Shown: positions 10,915 to 21,210, counted from the stretch's first letter. The stretch is DNA of 64,000 bases from Methanomassiliicoccaceae archaeon (GCA_963728405.1 CAVSJV010000005.1:192001-256000); one strand, 5' to 3'. The notes: a model not told the origin generated them from the sequence alone. Numbers and translations are program-made.

Positions 10915-13900
10915 AGGCTCTTCTTTAGGAAGTCCCTCACTTTCTCTGATTCCAGCCATCCCTGGTCCAATTGGCTCAGTATGCCCTCGATCTCCGAGGC
11001 CCTCGGCTGTATCTTTAGTGAGACGTCGATTCCTCCGGTGTCGGCCTGGGCCACGATCGCGGACAGAGGATTCCTTATCCGGTCGACCAGGGTGGCGAAG
11101 TGCTCTATGTTCTTTTCGATCTGAGCAAATGCCTGGCGTCGCAGTTCGGCCTCCCGAATGCGCTCGGTGACGTCATCGAAGTTGACACATAATCGCTCGT
11201 CAGGCAGAGAGAACGCCCGGAAGGAGAAATTGCCATTGGTCGTGAGGTCCGAGTAATACACTCCATCTCTCCAGATGGTCCTTCCGCTCCTTACCACATC
11301 CAGGAACTCTTCCTTGGTGGCGAAGAACGCACCTTCTCTCCAGATCTGATCGAAGTCCTGGCCCAGCCTGTTCTCCATACCCCCCAGCAGGACATTGGCG
11401 GTCGGGTTCACGCTCAGCAGGCTCAGGCGATCCGGTTCCCGATACTGAAAGAGCAGTATGCCTGAAGGTATCTGCTGGATGATGTCGTTAGAGGTCTTCA
11501 GGGAGACTCGAAGAGCCCTTTCCGTCATCATCGCCGCGGTAACGTCCTCCATGGACATGATGACCCCGTTCATAGTGCCCGAACCATCGTAGATGGGCGC
11601 GGCGTTCAACAGGAGCATGATCATCCTTCCATTCGGCCATCGTATGGCATGCCGCAACCCATAGGCCGGCCGGCCGGTAGAGGTGACCACGGCGAACGGC
11701 AGCTCCTCCGGTGGGAACGGCCGACCATCGTAGTCGGTGATGGACCATTCGGGGCTGTCATATGTCCGTCCGATGATCCTTTCCCTACTGAGGCCTAGTA
11801 TGACCTCGGCGGAGCGGTTGACGAAAACGATGCGGCCTTCCCTGTCGATGAGAGCGATGCCCGAGGGGGTGGTCTCCATCAGTGCGGACATCTGTTCCTT
11901 CTCCTGGACCAGCTGCTCCTGGGCCCTCCTCTGCTCAGTTATGTCCGAACTGAACATAATGACCCCCACCACGTTCCCAGCTCCGTCGAGGTATGGCATC
12001 TTGTCTGTCTTTAGCCAGATGAAGTCCCCGTGGCCGTCCTTGGCCCTCTCCAAGATACCCAGCTTCGGCCGGTTCTGTTCGATCACTTCAATGTCGTCCC
12101 GATACTGCTGTGCCTGGACCTCAGGATCCTGGGAGACTGCCCATTTTCCGACGCTATCTTCGGTCAGGCCGAACTTGTCCAGGAAGGTGTGGTTGGCCAT
12201 CATCACCCTGTTCTGACCGTCCTTAATGGCGATCAACGCCGGCACCGATTCAAAGACCGTCTGGTAGTCCCTTCTCTGCTTTTGAATGGCCACCTCGTAC
12301 CTGGCCTTCTGCTCTAGGGTTCTAGCGTTCTCCAGGGCGATCGCCGCGCTCGAAGCAAGCCCCTCCAGGATGGTGACGTCATCAGCGGTGAAGTCCTTTC
12401 CATTGGCCTTATTGTGAACCTCTAAGCAGCCCAGGAGCTCGCCGCGGGGGTCTAGGATCGGGACGTTGATTACGTTGGTGAACTTCAGCTGCTCCCGGAT
12501 GTCGGGAACGACATGGATATCCTGGGCCGCGTTATTGGTCATGTAAGAATTTCTGGTATTGATGATCCAGCCGGGGACACCATAACCTCTGGGGAAGGAG
12601 AACTCGATGGGGAAGAGCCTCCCTTTCTCATTGTACTCCCTGAACTCCATGCGCCCATCCATATATCGGCCAGATGTCCCTGAGGTCCCCTCGGTCAGCT
12701 CCAAGGCCGCTCCCACTAGGGAGCGCATGATGATGTCGGTCTGCAGATGGGAGTTCAGATTGTTGCTCATCTCAGTAAGGACCTCCAACTGGTGAGTGCG
12801 TTGCCTAAGGGCATCCTCCGACCTCTTCCAGTCAGTGATGTCGGTCACGGAGGCGATGGCCCCGTTGAACTCCCCCTTCGGATCGAACAACGGAGTAATG
12901 TTCATCGAGAGGGCAATCTCCCTCTGGCCACCTTGTTCGAGCTTGAACTCCAGTCCGTGAACTGCCTGCTTGCTTTTCAACGCCTGGCCGAAGGGGGTGT
13001 TATCGGCGGACATGGGCTCATCGTTCATGGACCGCAGCCCCCATCGAGGATCATCGTGATGGCGCTCGAGGATCGAATCGCGCGGAAGATCGAGGAGCCG
13101 TTCGGCCTCTTTGTTGGCGAAGGTGAACCGGCCCCCTCGGTCTAGAACGACTATGGCATCGGGGACCGTTTCCACAAGCCCTCGCAGGAAGCCCTCCACG
13201 GCGCCCTCCGACTCGGACAATCGGGCGTTCTCCAGCAACAATGTGATGGAATAGGCCAGCTTGTTGGCGAAATCGACATGGGCATCGGTGAAGGTTCCCT
13301 CCCGGTGGTGGCAGAAGAACCCTAAGATCCCGATGGTCCTCCCTTTCGTCCTTAGAGGAGCCATAAGGAGGGAACGGATCCCCAAGCGGGCGACGAAATC
13401 TCGATTCACCCTGGGGTCGGCCGGTACGTCGTTGACCAGAAGCATCCGCCCGGTCCTCTCCACGATCCTGGCGGCGGCCGATTCATCGCAGGTGAAGGTG
13501 CCCGTCCTAAGGTACCGGGTGAGGCCGTCCTCGTAACGGGTGGTCCATGTATCGCCTTCCTTGAGGACGATTATGGCGCTGTCCGATCCGAGGGCGGTTC
13601 GAGCAGTCATCACGGTCGATCTCATGATGTCGTCAAAATCTAAGCGGGAGCTTATCGATGAGCTCATTCGGTCCAGGGTAGAATTGAGCATCTCGGCAAG
13701 GCGGAGATCTGTGATGTCCTTCCCCACGCGCACGATGATACTGCGCCCATCGATCACCATCCTCCTGGTCCGGACCTCTGTCTCGAAGGTGGTCCCATCC
13801 TTTCTCCTATGGCGGGCTCGGAAGGCCAGTTCCTCATCCTCTTCGACCTGCCTTACTCTCTTCTTCATTTCCGTTTCGTTCACCAGGACCAGGTCGAGGA

Positions 13901-14093
13901 TGTTCATCCCTTCCAACTCTTCGACGCTGTAGCCGAGCTTCTCTTGGGCCATGGGATTTGCTTCTAGGATGTTCCCGTCAAGTTCATGGATCAGAATGAC
14001 ATCTGAGGAGATCATGAACGCCGCCCAGAACGGAGATTCGGTCTGCCGGGCCCTGGTCCGGTGCTCCTCACTCGACCTCTCGACCGCCGTCAA
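10911..14093 (-). CDS. Multi-PAS/GAF sensor protein with degenerate HisKA-like C-terminal helix and no HATPase domain
   Basis: About five PAS/PAC repeats (DITD/DITE/EDVT/DDVT) and two GAF domains; C-terminal LVDRIRNPL. Confidence 0.85.
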   Translation of the reverse strand: MTAVERSSEEHRTRARQTESPFWAAFMISSDVILIHELDGNILEANPMAQEKLGYSVEELEGMNILDLVLVNETEMKKRVRQVEEDEELAFRARHRRKDGTTFETEVRTRRMVIDGRSIIVRVGKDITDLRLAEMLNSTLDRMSSSISSRLDFDDIMRSTVMTARTALGSDSAIIVLKEGDTWTTRYEDGLTRYLRTGTFTCDESAAARIVERTGRMLLVNDVPADPRVNRDFVARLGIRSLLMAPLRTKGRTIGILGFFCHHREGTFTDAHVDFANKLAYSITLLLENARLSESEGAVEGFLRGLVETVPDAIVVLDRGGRFTFANKEAERLLDLPRDSILERHHDDPRWGLRSMNDEPMSADNTPFGQALKSKQAVHGLEFKLEQGGQREIALSMNITPLFDPKGEFNGAIASVTDITDWKRSEDALRQRTHQLEVLTEMSNNLNSHLQTDIIMRSLVGAALELTEGTSGTSGRYMDGRMEFREYNEKGRLFPIEFSFPRGYGVPGWIINTRNSYMTNNAAQDIHVVPDIREQLKFTNVINVPILDPRGELLGCLEVHNKANGKDFTADDVTILEGLASSAAIALENARTLEQKARYEVAIQKQRRDYQTVFESVPALIAIKDGQNRVMMANHTFLDKFGLTEDSVGKWAVSQDPEVQAQQYRDDIEVIEQNRPKLGILERAKDGHGDFIWLKTDKMPYLDGAGNVVGVIMFSSDITEQRRAQEQLVQEKEQMSALMETTPSGIALIDREGRIVFVNRSAEVILGLSRERIIGRTYDSPEWSITDYDGRPFPPEELPFAVVTSTGRPAYGLRHAIRWPNGRMIMLLLNAAPIYDGSGTMNGVIMSMEDVTAAMMTERALRVSLKTSNDIIQQIPSGILLFQYREPDRLSLLSVNPTANVLLGGMENRLGQDFDQIWREGAFFATKEEFLDVVRSGRTIWRDGVYYSDLTTNGNFSFRAFSLPDERLCVNFDDVTERIREAELRRQAFAQIEKNIEHFATLVDRIRNPLSAIVAQADTGGIDVSLKIQPRASEIEGILSQLDQGWLESEKVRDFLKKSL

Positions 14094-14197
14094 CCCCCCT
14101 GGCTCATATAGTCAGAGCTGGGACCAATAGTAAGCAAAGCACCACCAATCTCTTTCTTGGGTGCCGAGAATATATAATCCAATCCGAAGCCTATGTT

Positions 14198-14563
14198 ATG
14201 CGAATGAGCCCCCTGATCCTAGTCGTAGATGATGATGATTTCATCAGAGAGGTATTCCGGGAGATGCTATCCAATTATGACCTGGTGGAAGCGGACAATG
14301 GGGGGCAGGCGGTCCAAGTGTTCAGGGATAAACACCCTCGTCTGGTCCTCATGGATATCCTCATGCCCGACATGGACGGCATAGAGGCTACTAGGAAGAT
14401 ACTTCAGATCGACGACCGGGCCATTGTCCTGGGCGTAAGCGCCTTCGCTGCGGTCAAGGGCGAGCAGATGCTCAAGGCCGGGGCCAAGGAGATATTGTCA
14501 AAACCTGTCCGGATGCAAGAGCTTCAGAAAAAGATCGAGAAGTACCTAGAAGATGGAAGATAG
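14198..14563 (+). CDS. Stand-alone response regulator receiver protein
   Basis: LVVDDD, LMDILMPDMDG, S, KP. Confidence 0.92.
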   Translation: MRMSPLILVVDDDDFIREVFREMLSNYDLVEADNGGQAVQVFRDKHPRLVLMDILMPDMDGIEATRKILQIDDRAIVLGVSAFAAVKGEQMLKAGAKEILSKPVRMQELQKKIEKYLEDGR

Positions 14564-14566
14564 GGA

Positions 14567-14679
14567 TGGTCCCGACTCCCGGATTTGAACCGGGGGCCTG
14601 CTGATATCGGCGGCTGTGATACCGGAAAACCGGAAACCCACTACAGTCAGCCGCTCTAGCCAGACTGAGCTAAGTCGGG
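14567..14679 (-). tRNA. tRNA-Tyr(GTA) with a 35-nt intron at 37/38 (14606-14640) and encoded CCA
   Basis: Reverse complement CCCGACTTAGCTCAGTCTGGCTAGAGCGGCTGACTGTAG-[intron]-ATCAGCAGGCCCCCGGTTCAAATCCGGGAGTCGGGACCA. Confidence 0.93.
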
Positions 14680-14889
14680 GTGCTGTGTCCTAATTACGGA
14701 TAGTGTATTTAGAACTTCCCCTGGGCCTAGGGTGCTATTGATGTTGGCCAGATACATATCCTGGTCTCTTTATGGCATTATATTATTATCATTTATGATA
14801 ATTTACATTCACCAATTTATATATAGTTCTCCGAGTATACCTTTGTCAGACAAAAGAGGTCGGATAGACCTCTTCTGTTACATGGTGCG

Positions 14890-15132
14890 ATGATGGAAGA
14901 GCCAGAGTTGGAGAAGGTGACAGTACGCCTTCCCGAACGCTACGTGAGAGCATTGGACTTCCTGGTCAAGGTGGATGATTTCCCCTCGCGCTCGGAGGCT
15001 ATCCGGGCAGCGATCAGGGATTTCATCTACATACGGGTCGATGTCGTAATGGATAAGGTCAAGAAGATGGAGGAGGCAGAGAAGACCCTCGCCGCCATGG
15101 AACAGTTCGAATCGGAATACTTAAGGAAGTAG
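14890..15132 (+). CDS. Ribbon-helix-helix (CopG/CdrS-like) regulator
   Basis: KVTVRLP...FPSRSEAIRAAIRDF; an inverted repeat AAGAGGTC-N5-GACCTCTT lies upstream (about 14854-14874). Confidence 0.85.
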   Translation: MMEEPELEKVTVRLPERYVRALDFLVKVDDFPSRSEAIRAAIRDFIYIRVDVVMDKVKKMEEAEKTLAAMEQFESEYLRK

Positions 15133-15355
15133 GGCTGTAAGATTGGGATGGGATGCACTCGAACAATAGCCTGCCTTCAACCTCCCCCTCTTTTTTTTTA
15201 ATTTGCTAAGATGCCATGTGCTTGCGCCTGGTACATTGCACCGCGTTGATAATGCAGCAATTCGTTGGCAGAACTTATGGAACGAATCACTTTGTCGTTC
15301 TAATCCACTGTGATCTGGATCGTGATGGTAGAAAGAAAAGGTAATGGAAGTTGTT

Positions 15356-16124
15356 TCAACCGATGTAGCCAAGGTCTTCGCGCCTTGGCTCGGCGGGGTT
15401 CTCGATCTCCTTGAGCTTTGAGGTGATGAGATCGATCTGCTCAGCCTTGCTCTCCAGGTCAGAGAAATCTATCTCGACAGTTCAGTATGGTTGCTAGTAT
15501 GCGCAACACCGCCTCTGCTCCCTTGGGATCGACAAAGTAACCGGAGGTCTCGCCCATCAGGCAGACGGCGTTGAGGCCATAGACCTTACCTAGGCCGAGC
15601 AACAGTCCGCTGGCACCGACGATGCCTGAGCCCGGCTCTCCCTTGGAGAAGATGACGCCTTTGCCTTTCATCTCCTCGACCAGTTCCTTGCTGGTGGCAG
15701 CCCCGAGCACCCTGGGGTGCTCGACCATCTTACCGATGCCATACCCCCCTAGGGTGTAAATGGTCTTTACTCCCCAGGTCTTGCACAGCTGCAGGATGTG
15801 GTCCGAAAGGTCATATTGTCCTTCCGGGGTGAGGCCCTGGTAGTCACCTACTAGGATGATGAGGTCAGGGTGTTTCCCGTCGGCCTTTGAATAGTAGATC
15901 TCGTTGTTAACGAGCTTAGTGATCCCCTCCTCGTCAACGATGACCTGAGGGGGGAAGTGCGAGGAGTATATGTCAGCGAACTTCTTCGCCTTCAACTGGT
16001 CCAGGAGGTGCTCCGCAGCGAGCTTTCCGACGTTGCCTACGCCTGGGAGTCCCTCGACCAGCACGGGGCCGTCGAACTGAGGTTCCTCACTGAATACTGC
16101 CTTGATCTTTTCCACAACCATCAC
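15356..16124 (-). CDS. PAC2-family proteasome assembly chaperone; frameshift near 15480
   Basis: EGLPGVGNVGKLA, GIVGASGLLLG, CLMGETSGY; alternative frame continues ...DLGYIG* to TGA at 15356. Confidence 0.88.
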
Positions 16125-16278
16125 ACTCCTTTCTCAATCTCCTTCGGTATTCTCCATACCGGTCCTCAGGGGAATATCTGGGGGGTATGGGTGTGTCCGT
16201 CCTGGACCCGCAGCGGGGGCACTGATCCGATAGGGTGTACTCCACGCACTTGGGGCATTTTCTTAGGGACGTTCTCAT
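16087..16278 (-). CDS. nop10: H/ACA RNP protein Nop10
   Basis: KCPKC..YTL..CPRCG..PPRYSPEDRYGEYRR; conserved operon context. Confidence 0.92.
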   Translation of the reverse strand: MRTSLRKCPKCVEYTLSDQCPRCGSRTDTPIPPRYSPEDRYGEYRRRLRKECDGCGKDQGSIQ

Positions 16279-16354
16279 GCTTAGACCTTTCGAGTCTGGC
16301 CAGACCGGCTCCCGGTCCGCTTTCCAGAAATATCACATGAGGTTCCGGATATTA

Positions 16355-17137
16355 TCATTTTGCCTCGCGGTGGAAGGTCGCCTTGCCGCCGCAGGACTGC
16401 AGATTGTTGATAATTTGTCCGGTCACCACCTTCATCTCTTCTTCCGCGGTCTTGTAGTCCGGCGCGGCCACTACCACTCGGTATTTGGGGGCGCCGATAT
16501 ACTGTATCTTGACCTGTTCCTTAGAAGAGACTATTCCGGCGATGAGCGCGTCCTTGATGCGATCCACGCCGTCCGGCGTGTAGCAGGTCATCTCCATGTA
16601 ACCATCGATCTGGACGTATGACGGGGTGACGTTCTCCTTAGCCACATCGATGAACACTGCAGTCCAGTTGCCTTCCAATCCCTCTTCCTCGAGGGACGGA
16701 GGGTGTGTCGCCACCGTCTCGAACGCTCCGAAAAGAGTGCCGAACCTGTCGATGAGGTCATAACCGAACTGGTCATAGGAGTCATCCTTCTTGATGCCTA
16801 GGCGCTCGGCCACTATCTCGATAAGCTTGTCGGCCTTGTTCTCGTTCTTCCACTGCTGGATCTTCTCTCTCTTCTGGTGCTCGTTGACCGACTTGAGGGA
16901 GAGATCGATGTGTCCCTTGGACGAATCGACGCCCAGGACCTTGCACACTATCTTTTGTCCTTCCCGGACGTAGTCGCGTATGTACTTTACCCAACCGGTA
17001 GCGACATCCCTGATGTGGATGAAGCCCTCCTTGCCGTCGTACTCATCGAGCGATACGAAGGCACCGAAGTTCTTGACGCTCTGGACCGTACAGACGACCA
17101 GTTCGCTCTCTTCAGGGAAATCGCTAACCCGCGACAT
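16355..17137 (-). CDS. eif2a: Translation initiation factor aIF2 alpha
   Basis: S1 domain GAFVSLDEY..EGFIHI, GHIDLSLK, YIGAPKYR. Confidence 0.95.
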   Translation of the reverse strand: MSRVSDFPEESELVVCTVQSVKNFGAFVSLDEYDGKEGFIHIRDVATGWVKYIRDYVREGQKIVCKVLGVDSSKGHIDLSLKSVNEHQKREKIQQWKNENKADKLIEIVAERLGIKKDDSYDQFGYDLIDRFGTLFGAFETVATHPPSLEEEGLEGNWTAVFIDVAKENVTPSYVQIDGYMEMTCYTPDGVDRIKDALIAGIVSSKEQVKIQYIGAPKYRVVVAAPDYKTAEEEMKVVTGQIINNLQSCGGKATFHREAK

Positions 17138-17139
17138 TC

Positions 17140-17319
17140 TTAATCGACCACCTCAACCAGCGTGCCGCGCAGTTCGCCCGCGCCGCCCCTGGCCTTAACG
17201 AGGGTGGACCCGCATACGTTGCATGCTACGTTGCTGGCGGGGTTCTTAAAGGTGATCTGTTCATTGCCGCAGTCGGGGCACTTCACCTTGATGAACTTAC
17301 CAGTGTGAACTTCTACCAT
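17140..17319 (-). CDS. rps27e: 30S ribosomal protein S27e
   Basis: FIKVKCPDCGNEQITF..CNVCG. Confidence 0.95.
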   Translation of the reverse strand: MVEVHTGKFIKVKCPDCGNEQITFKNPASNVACNVCGSTLVKARGGAGELRGTLVEVVD

Positions 17320-17324
17320 GTAAA

Positions 17325-17603
17325 TCACTCCTCCAGTTCGAACTTCTTAGCCCTAAAGCAGGGTCTTTGCAACGCCTTCTTGCAAATCTTGCACCGGTAA
17401 CGGAGAGAAACCCTCTTGGTCGGCTTCTCTCTCCCCTCTGGCTTTGGCCTGGGGAATCCGCCATATCCGGAAGTCGCGCGTCTGAATCTCCTCTGCCCCC
17501 ACTTCAGCTCACTGGCCTTTCTCTTCTTTACTCTCTCAACTTCATGATCCGTGTGAAGTTTGCACCAGGGGCAATATGTCTTGACAGTGTGAGGCATTTT
17601 CAT
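17325..17603 (-). CDS. rpl44e: 50S ribosomal protein L44e
   Basis: [28 protein letters not shown]. Confidence 0.96.
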   Translation of the reverse strand: MKMPHTVKTYCPWCKLHTDHEVERVKKRKASELKWGQRRFRRATSGYGGFPRPKPEGREKPTKRVSLRYRCKICKKALQRPCFRAKKFELEE

Positions 17604-18002
17604 ACTAACACCTAACGAAGTGAACTCTCCTAATACGCATTATCTATTTAAAATGTTAGCAACGGGGAAGGGGGTTAAAATTGGTCATCTGGATGACGCT
17701 TTTTTTACCATCCCGCGGCAGATATTCGTCAGGACTTATGACGCCGGCATACCCCTCACCCCCATAAATGCACCATCATTGACCACACAGGGTGTTACGA
17801 GCAGCTCATGAAGCATGATTTTTAATAATAATCTATATAGATAACACTAAATTAGCCCCTACATCTTTTGTTTGTAAGATTTGATACTAAGGTCACCATA
17901 TGAATGGAAAAAACATAGCTGGCTCGGTGTGGTTGCACGATATCACTAGCTGAAATAGAAAGTGATATATATGCTGTCATTAATAATTGATTAAGATAAA
18001 TT

Positions 18003-18377
18003 ATGAATGAGAGAGGCTTCACGAAAAAGGACGAAACGCTCGTCAAGCTCCTTATGCGCACCGATATGCCCAAGAACGTGGCGAAGACCTTAGTGTTCCT
18101 GCGCAAGAAGGAAGAGACCACCTCGGTGGAGATAGAGATTTCCACGGCATTAAGGCAGCCCGAGGTCTCTATTGCCATGCAGGAGCTGCGCCGCCGCAAG
18201 TGGGTCATCAAGCGGGACATCAAGAAAGAGGGAAAGGGCAGACCGGTCCACTCCTATAAGCTGGCCCTGCCGTTCGATAAGATCATTGAAACGTTAGAGA
18301 AGGAAGAGATGAAGAGGATAGAGGATATCCAGAACAATGTCAAGGCCCTGAAGCAGGCTGCCGTGCAGCAGGGCTAA
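18003..18377 (+). CDS. Archaeal wHTH transcriptional regulator (COG4738-like)
   Basis: TSVEIE..LRQPEVSIAMQEL..GKGRPVHSY. Confidence 0.85.
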   Translation: MNERGFTKKDETLVKLLMRTDMPKNVAKTLVFLRKKEETTSVEIEISTALRQPEVSIAMQELRRRKWVIKRDIKKEGKGRPVHSYKLALPFDKIIETLEKEEMKRIEDIQNNVKALKQAAVQQG

Positions 18378-19045
18378 ACTTTCTCCTTCACTATCGTTCC
18401 CTCATTCGTCCCTACGACCACGCAGGTCACCAGACCGAGGAATAGGCCGCTCTCCACAACGCCCGGGATCGAGTTGAGCTTGGACTCAAGCCTCTCCGGC
18501 TCACCTATCTCTTCGAACTTACAGTCATAGATGGCATTGCCATTGTCGGTGATGAACGGAGTGGCCCCGCCCCTCAGGGTCGCTACGCAACCCAGTGCCT
18601 CGATGGCTCGTTTGGTCCGTAGGTGGCTGAACTGTACGACCTCCACCGGCAGAGGGGTCTTGACCCCCAGGGTCTCGACCATCTTGGAGTCGTCCACGAT
18701 GATTATCTCCCGTTTAGAATAATAGGCCACGACCTTCTCCCGGAGCAACGCTCCGCCCAGCCCCTTGATCAGCCGGAACTGAGGGTCCACCTCGTCCGCA
18801 CCGTCGATGGTCAGGTCGATGTGTTCGACCTGGTCCAGGGTGGTCAGAGGAATGCCCAGTGAGCGGGCCTGCTTCTCCGTTTCCACCGAGGTGGGTATGC
18901 CCACGAGCTTGTAGCCTTCCTTGACCAGCTTGCCGATCTCGTCTACCGCCAGCCTAGTGGTCGATCCGGTACCCAGGCCGAGCACCATACCGTCCTGCAC
19001 GAACTCCACGGCCTTCCTGGCCGCCTGAAGCTTCTTCTCGCTCAT
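18374..19045 (-). CDS. rpiA: Ribose-5-phosphate isomerase A
   Basis: GLGTGST, DGADEVD, IKGLGGALLREK, PGVVESGLF. Confidence 0.96.
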   Translation of the reverse strand: MSEKKLQAARKAVEFVQDGMVLGLGTGSTTRLAVDEIGKLVKEGYKLVGIPTSVETEKQARSLGIPLTTLDQVEHIDLTIDGADEVDPQFRLIKGLGGALLREKVVAYYSKREIIIVDDSKMVETLGVKTPLPVEVVQFSHLRTKRAIEALGCVATLRGGATPFITDNGNAIYDCKFEEIGEPERLESKLNSIPGVVESGLFLGLVTCVVVGTNEGTIVKEKV

Positions 19046-19749
19046 CGTTCCACCCCGAAGGACTCCCGTACTTCGCTGGTCAACTGGTCGATGATGTATG
19101 AATTTAACCGTTCCCCCAGCTCGGCCGAGGCGGCGGGAGCATCGCCCACGAAGCCATCGGGCATGGATCGTTCCGGGTCTGATACGATCATGTATCCCTG
19201 GCTGACGTACTTTCCCACCTTTTTCTGTGGCTTGACCAGTTGCGGGGCGATGGCCATCATCCGGGACGTTTCCATCTTGCCGCCGTGGCCATCCCCTCTT
19301 TGGTCCTCGGGGAATCGCTTGGCGATATCATAGTCGGTCAGGAGCATTAGCTTGACGCCATTTTCCTCCACCACTTCTACGCATGCCTGCCTCAGCGCGT
19401 TCATGTGCGAGGAGCCGGCATGACCGCTGATGACCACCAGTTTGTCTGCTCCGTTGTCTACCAATGATCCAAGGATGTCCCTTATCACCCGGATGGTGGT
19501 CTCGAAACCGAGGCCGATGGTACCGGGCATGTTCCTGGTCGATGAGTGGAATGCATAGCGAAGGGGCGGGGCGACCAACCCGCCGACCCTTTCAGCGACG
19601 GCATCTGCGACGAACTCCGGCTGCAGGGAGTCGGTGCAAAGCGGAAGATGGGAGGAGTGGGCCTCGGTACCGCCGATGGGTAGGAAGACGATCGGTCTCT
19701 TCTTCATCAGCTTCTTGAACTCGGTGGAGGTGAGCTCATCCAACTTCAC
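19042..19749 (-). CDS. Creatininase/creatinine amidohydrolase family protein
   Basis: PIGGTEAHSSHLPLCTD, GHAG, HGGKMETS; GTG start overlaps the upstream TGA. Confidence 0.88.
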   Translation of the reverse strand: MKLDELTSTEFKKLMKKRPIVFLPIGGTEAHSSHLPLCTDSLQPEFVADAVAERVGGLVAPPLRYAFHSSTRNMPGTIGLGFETTIRVIRDILGSLVDNGADKLVVISGHAGSSHMNALRQACVEVVEENGVKLMLLTDYDIAKRFPEDQRGDGHGGKMETSRMMAIAPQLVKPQKKVGKYVSQGYMIVSDPERSMPDGFVGDAPAASAELGERLNSYIIDQLTSEVRESFGVER

Positions 19750-19904
19750 GATTGCACCTTCTTGTTCAGACTTATGAGCGGGGTGCCGCAAACGGGGCAG
19801 TCGCCATGCTCCAACGAATCCTGGTCGAATTTATCCTTCAACTCCTTGTTCAATTCGTCCAGGTTCTTGTTCTTGATGCTCCGTTCACAGCGCGGGCAGT
19901 ACAT
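19746..19904 (-). CDS. 52-aa zinc-finger micro-protein (not in the ORF track)
   Basis: Manual translation MYCPRCERSIKNKNLDELNKELKDKFDQDSLEHGDCPVCGTPLISLNKKVQS*; GTGA overlap with the creatininase start. Confidence 0.75.
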   Translation of the reverse strand: MYCPRCERSIKNKNLDELNKELKDKFDQDSLEHGDCPVCGTPLISLNKKVQS

Positions 19905-19981
19905 GGACCGTCCATTGGATTTCCTCGATATTAAGCTTCATTAGGCTGAAGATATAAGGCAGGGAGTTGCCATCCGCAACC

Positions 19982-20656
19982 ATGCGTTTGGCCGCCCTGT
20001 TCTCCGGTGGAAAGGATTCCACGTTCGCCACCTACCTCATGGAGCAGCAGGGCCACTCCGTCGATGTCCTGGTCAACATCCGGCCGAGCGACCCGCATTC
20101 CTGGGTTTTCCACACCCCGAACCTTGACATCCTTCCGCTGATGGCCGAAGCCATGGGAAAAGAGCTGGTCGTGGCCGGGAGCGTCGGAACGGAGGAGGAC
20201 GATCTCCGGGCGCTGAAGGACGTTCTTTCTCGGCTTGATGTGGACGGCGTGATCACCGGGGCCATCGCCTCGGACTACCAGTGGGACCGCATCAATCATG
20301 TGTGCGAAGGCCTTGGCCTGCGGGCGTTCTCCCCACTGTGGAGGAAGGACCAGAGCACGCTCATGGAGGAGATGGTGGACGCCGGGATAAGGGCCATCAT
20401 GGTCAGCGTCTCAGCGGAAGGGCTCGACAGCGCCTGGCTGGGACGGGAGATCGACGCCCGCTCGCTCGTCGAGCTTAAGGCCATCGCCCGCAAGCGGGGG
20501 ATGAACTTAGCCGGCGAGGGCGGAGAGTACGAGACCCTGACCATCGATTCCCCGTTGCACCGCAGGGTGCTTCGGATCGTCGATCAGGAAGTGGAAACGA
20601 CCCGGGACGGAGGGTCGTTGAAGGTCAAGAAAGCGGTGTTGGAGGATAAGACATGA
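19982..20656 (+). CDS. dph6: Diphthine--ammonia ligase (PP-loop ATPase)
   Basis: LFSGGKDS, GAIASDYQ, PLW, GEGGEYETL. Confidence 0.9.
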   Translation: MRLAALFSGGKDSTFATYLMEQQGHSVDVLVNIRPSDPHSWVFHTPNLDILPLMAEAMGKELVVAGSVGTEEDDLRALKDVLSRLDVDGVITGAIASDYQWDRINHVCEGLGLRAFSPLWRKDQSTLMEEMVDAGIRAIMVSVSAEGLDSAWLGREIDARSLVELKAIARKRGMNLAGEGGEYETLTIDSPLHRRVLRIVDQEVETTRDGGSLKVKKAVLEDKT

Positions 20657-21210
20657 CCGGACACAGGTTCCCTGCGGGGGAGAAGAAGCGATTGAACGAT
20701 GAGCATCGCCAGAAGGTCCAGCCGGCCGAGGGGATGGTGGAACGAATGGACCCCGCCCCGACCGAGATCGCCGCGGACCTGGGATGTGGGACCGGCTATG
20801 TGACCATTCCGCTGGCCCGCCGGGTCTCAAGGGTCTTAGGGTTGGACGCTCAGCAGGAGATGTTGAACGCTCTCATGACGAATGTGCCCGCTGATCTAGC
20901 ACACAAGGTCGTTCCCGTTCTCGGCGAGCTTCCTAATCTCCCCTTCGAGGATCGCTCCATCGACCGGGCTGTCCTGATCAATGTCGCCCATGAGGTGGAG
21001 GATAAACCGCTCCTGGTATCAGAACTAAAGCGCTGCCTGCGGACGGGGGGGAGGCTGAGCATCGTGGACTTCCCTAAGAGGGAGACCAGCTTCGGTCCGC
21101 CGTTGCATGAGCGGATGAGCGAGGGGGAGATGCTGGCCGCTTTTCCAGGGTTCGAGAAGGTCAAGGGGTGGAGCTTCCCGGAATTCTATCAGCTGGAACT
21201 CGTTCGCTGA
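20653..21210 (+). CDS. Class I SAM-dependent methyltransferase
   Basis: ADLGCGTG, GGRLSIVDF, GPP. Confidence 0.88.
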   Translation: MTGHRFPAGEKKRLNDEHRQKVQPAEGMVERMDPAPTEIAADLGCGTGYVTIPLARRVSRVLGLDAQQEMLNALMTNVPADLAHKVVPVLGELPNLPFEDRSIDRAVLINVAHEVEDKPLLVSELKRCLRTGGRLSIVDFPKRETSFGPPLHERMSEGEMLAAFPGFEKVKGWSFPEFYQLELVR

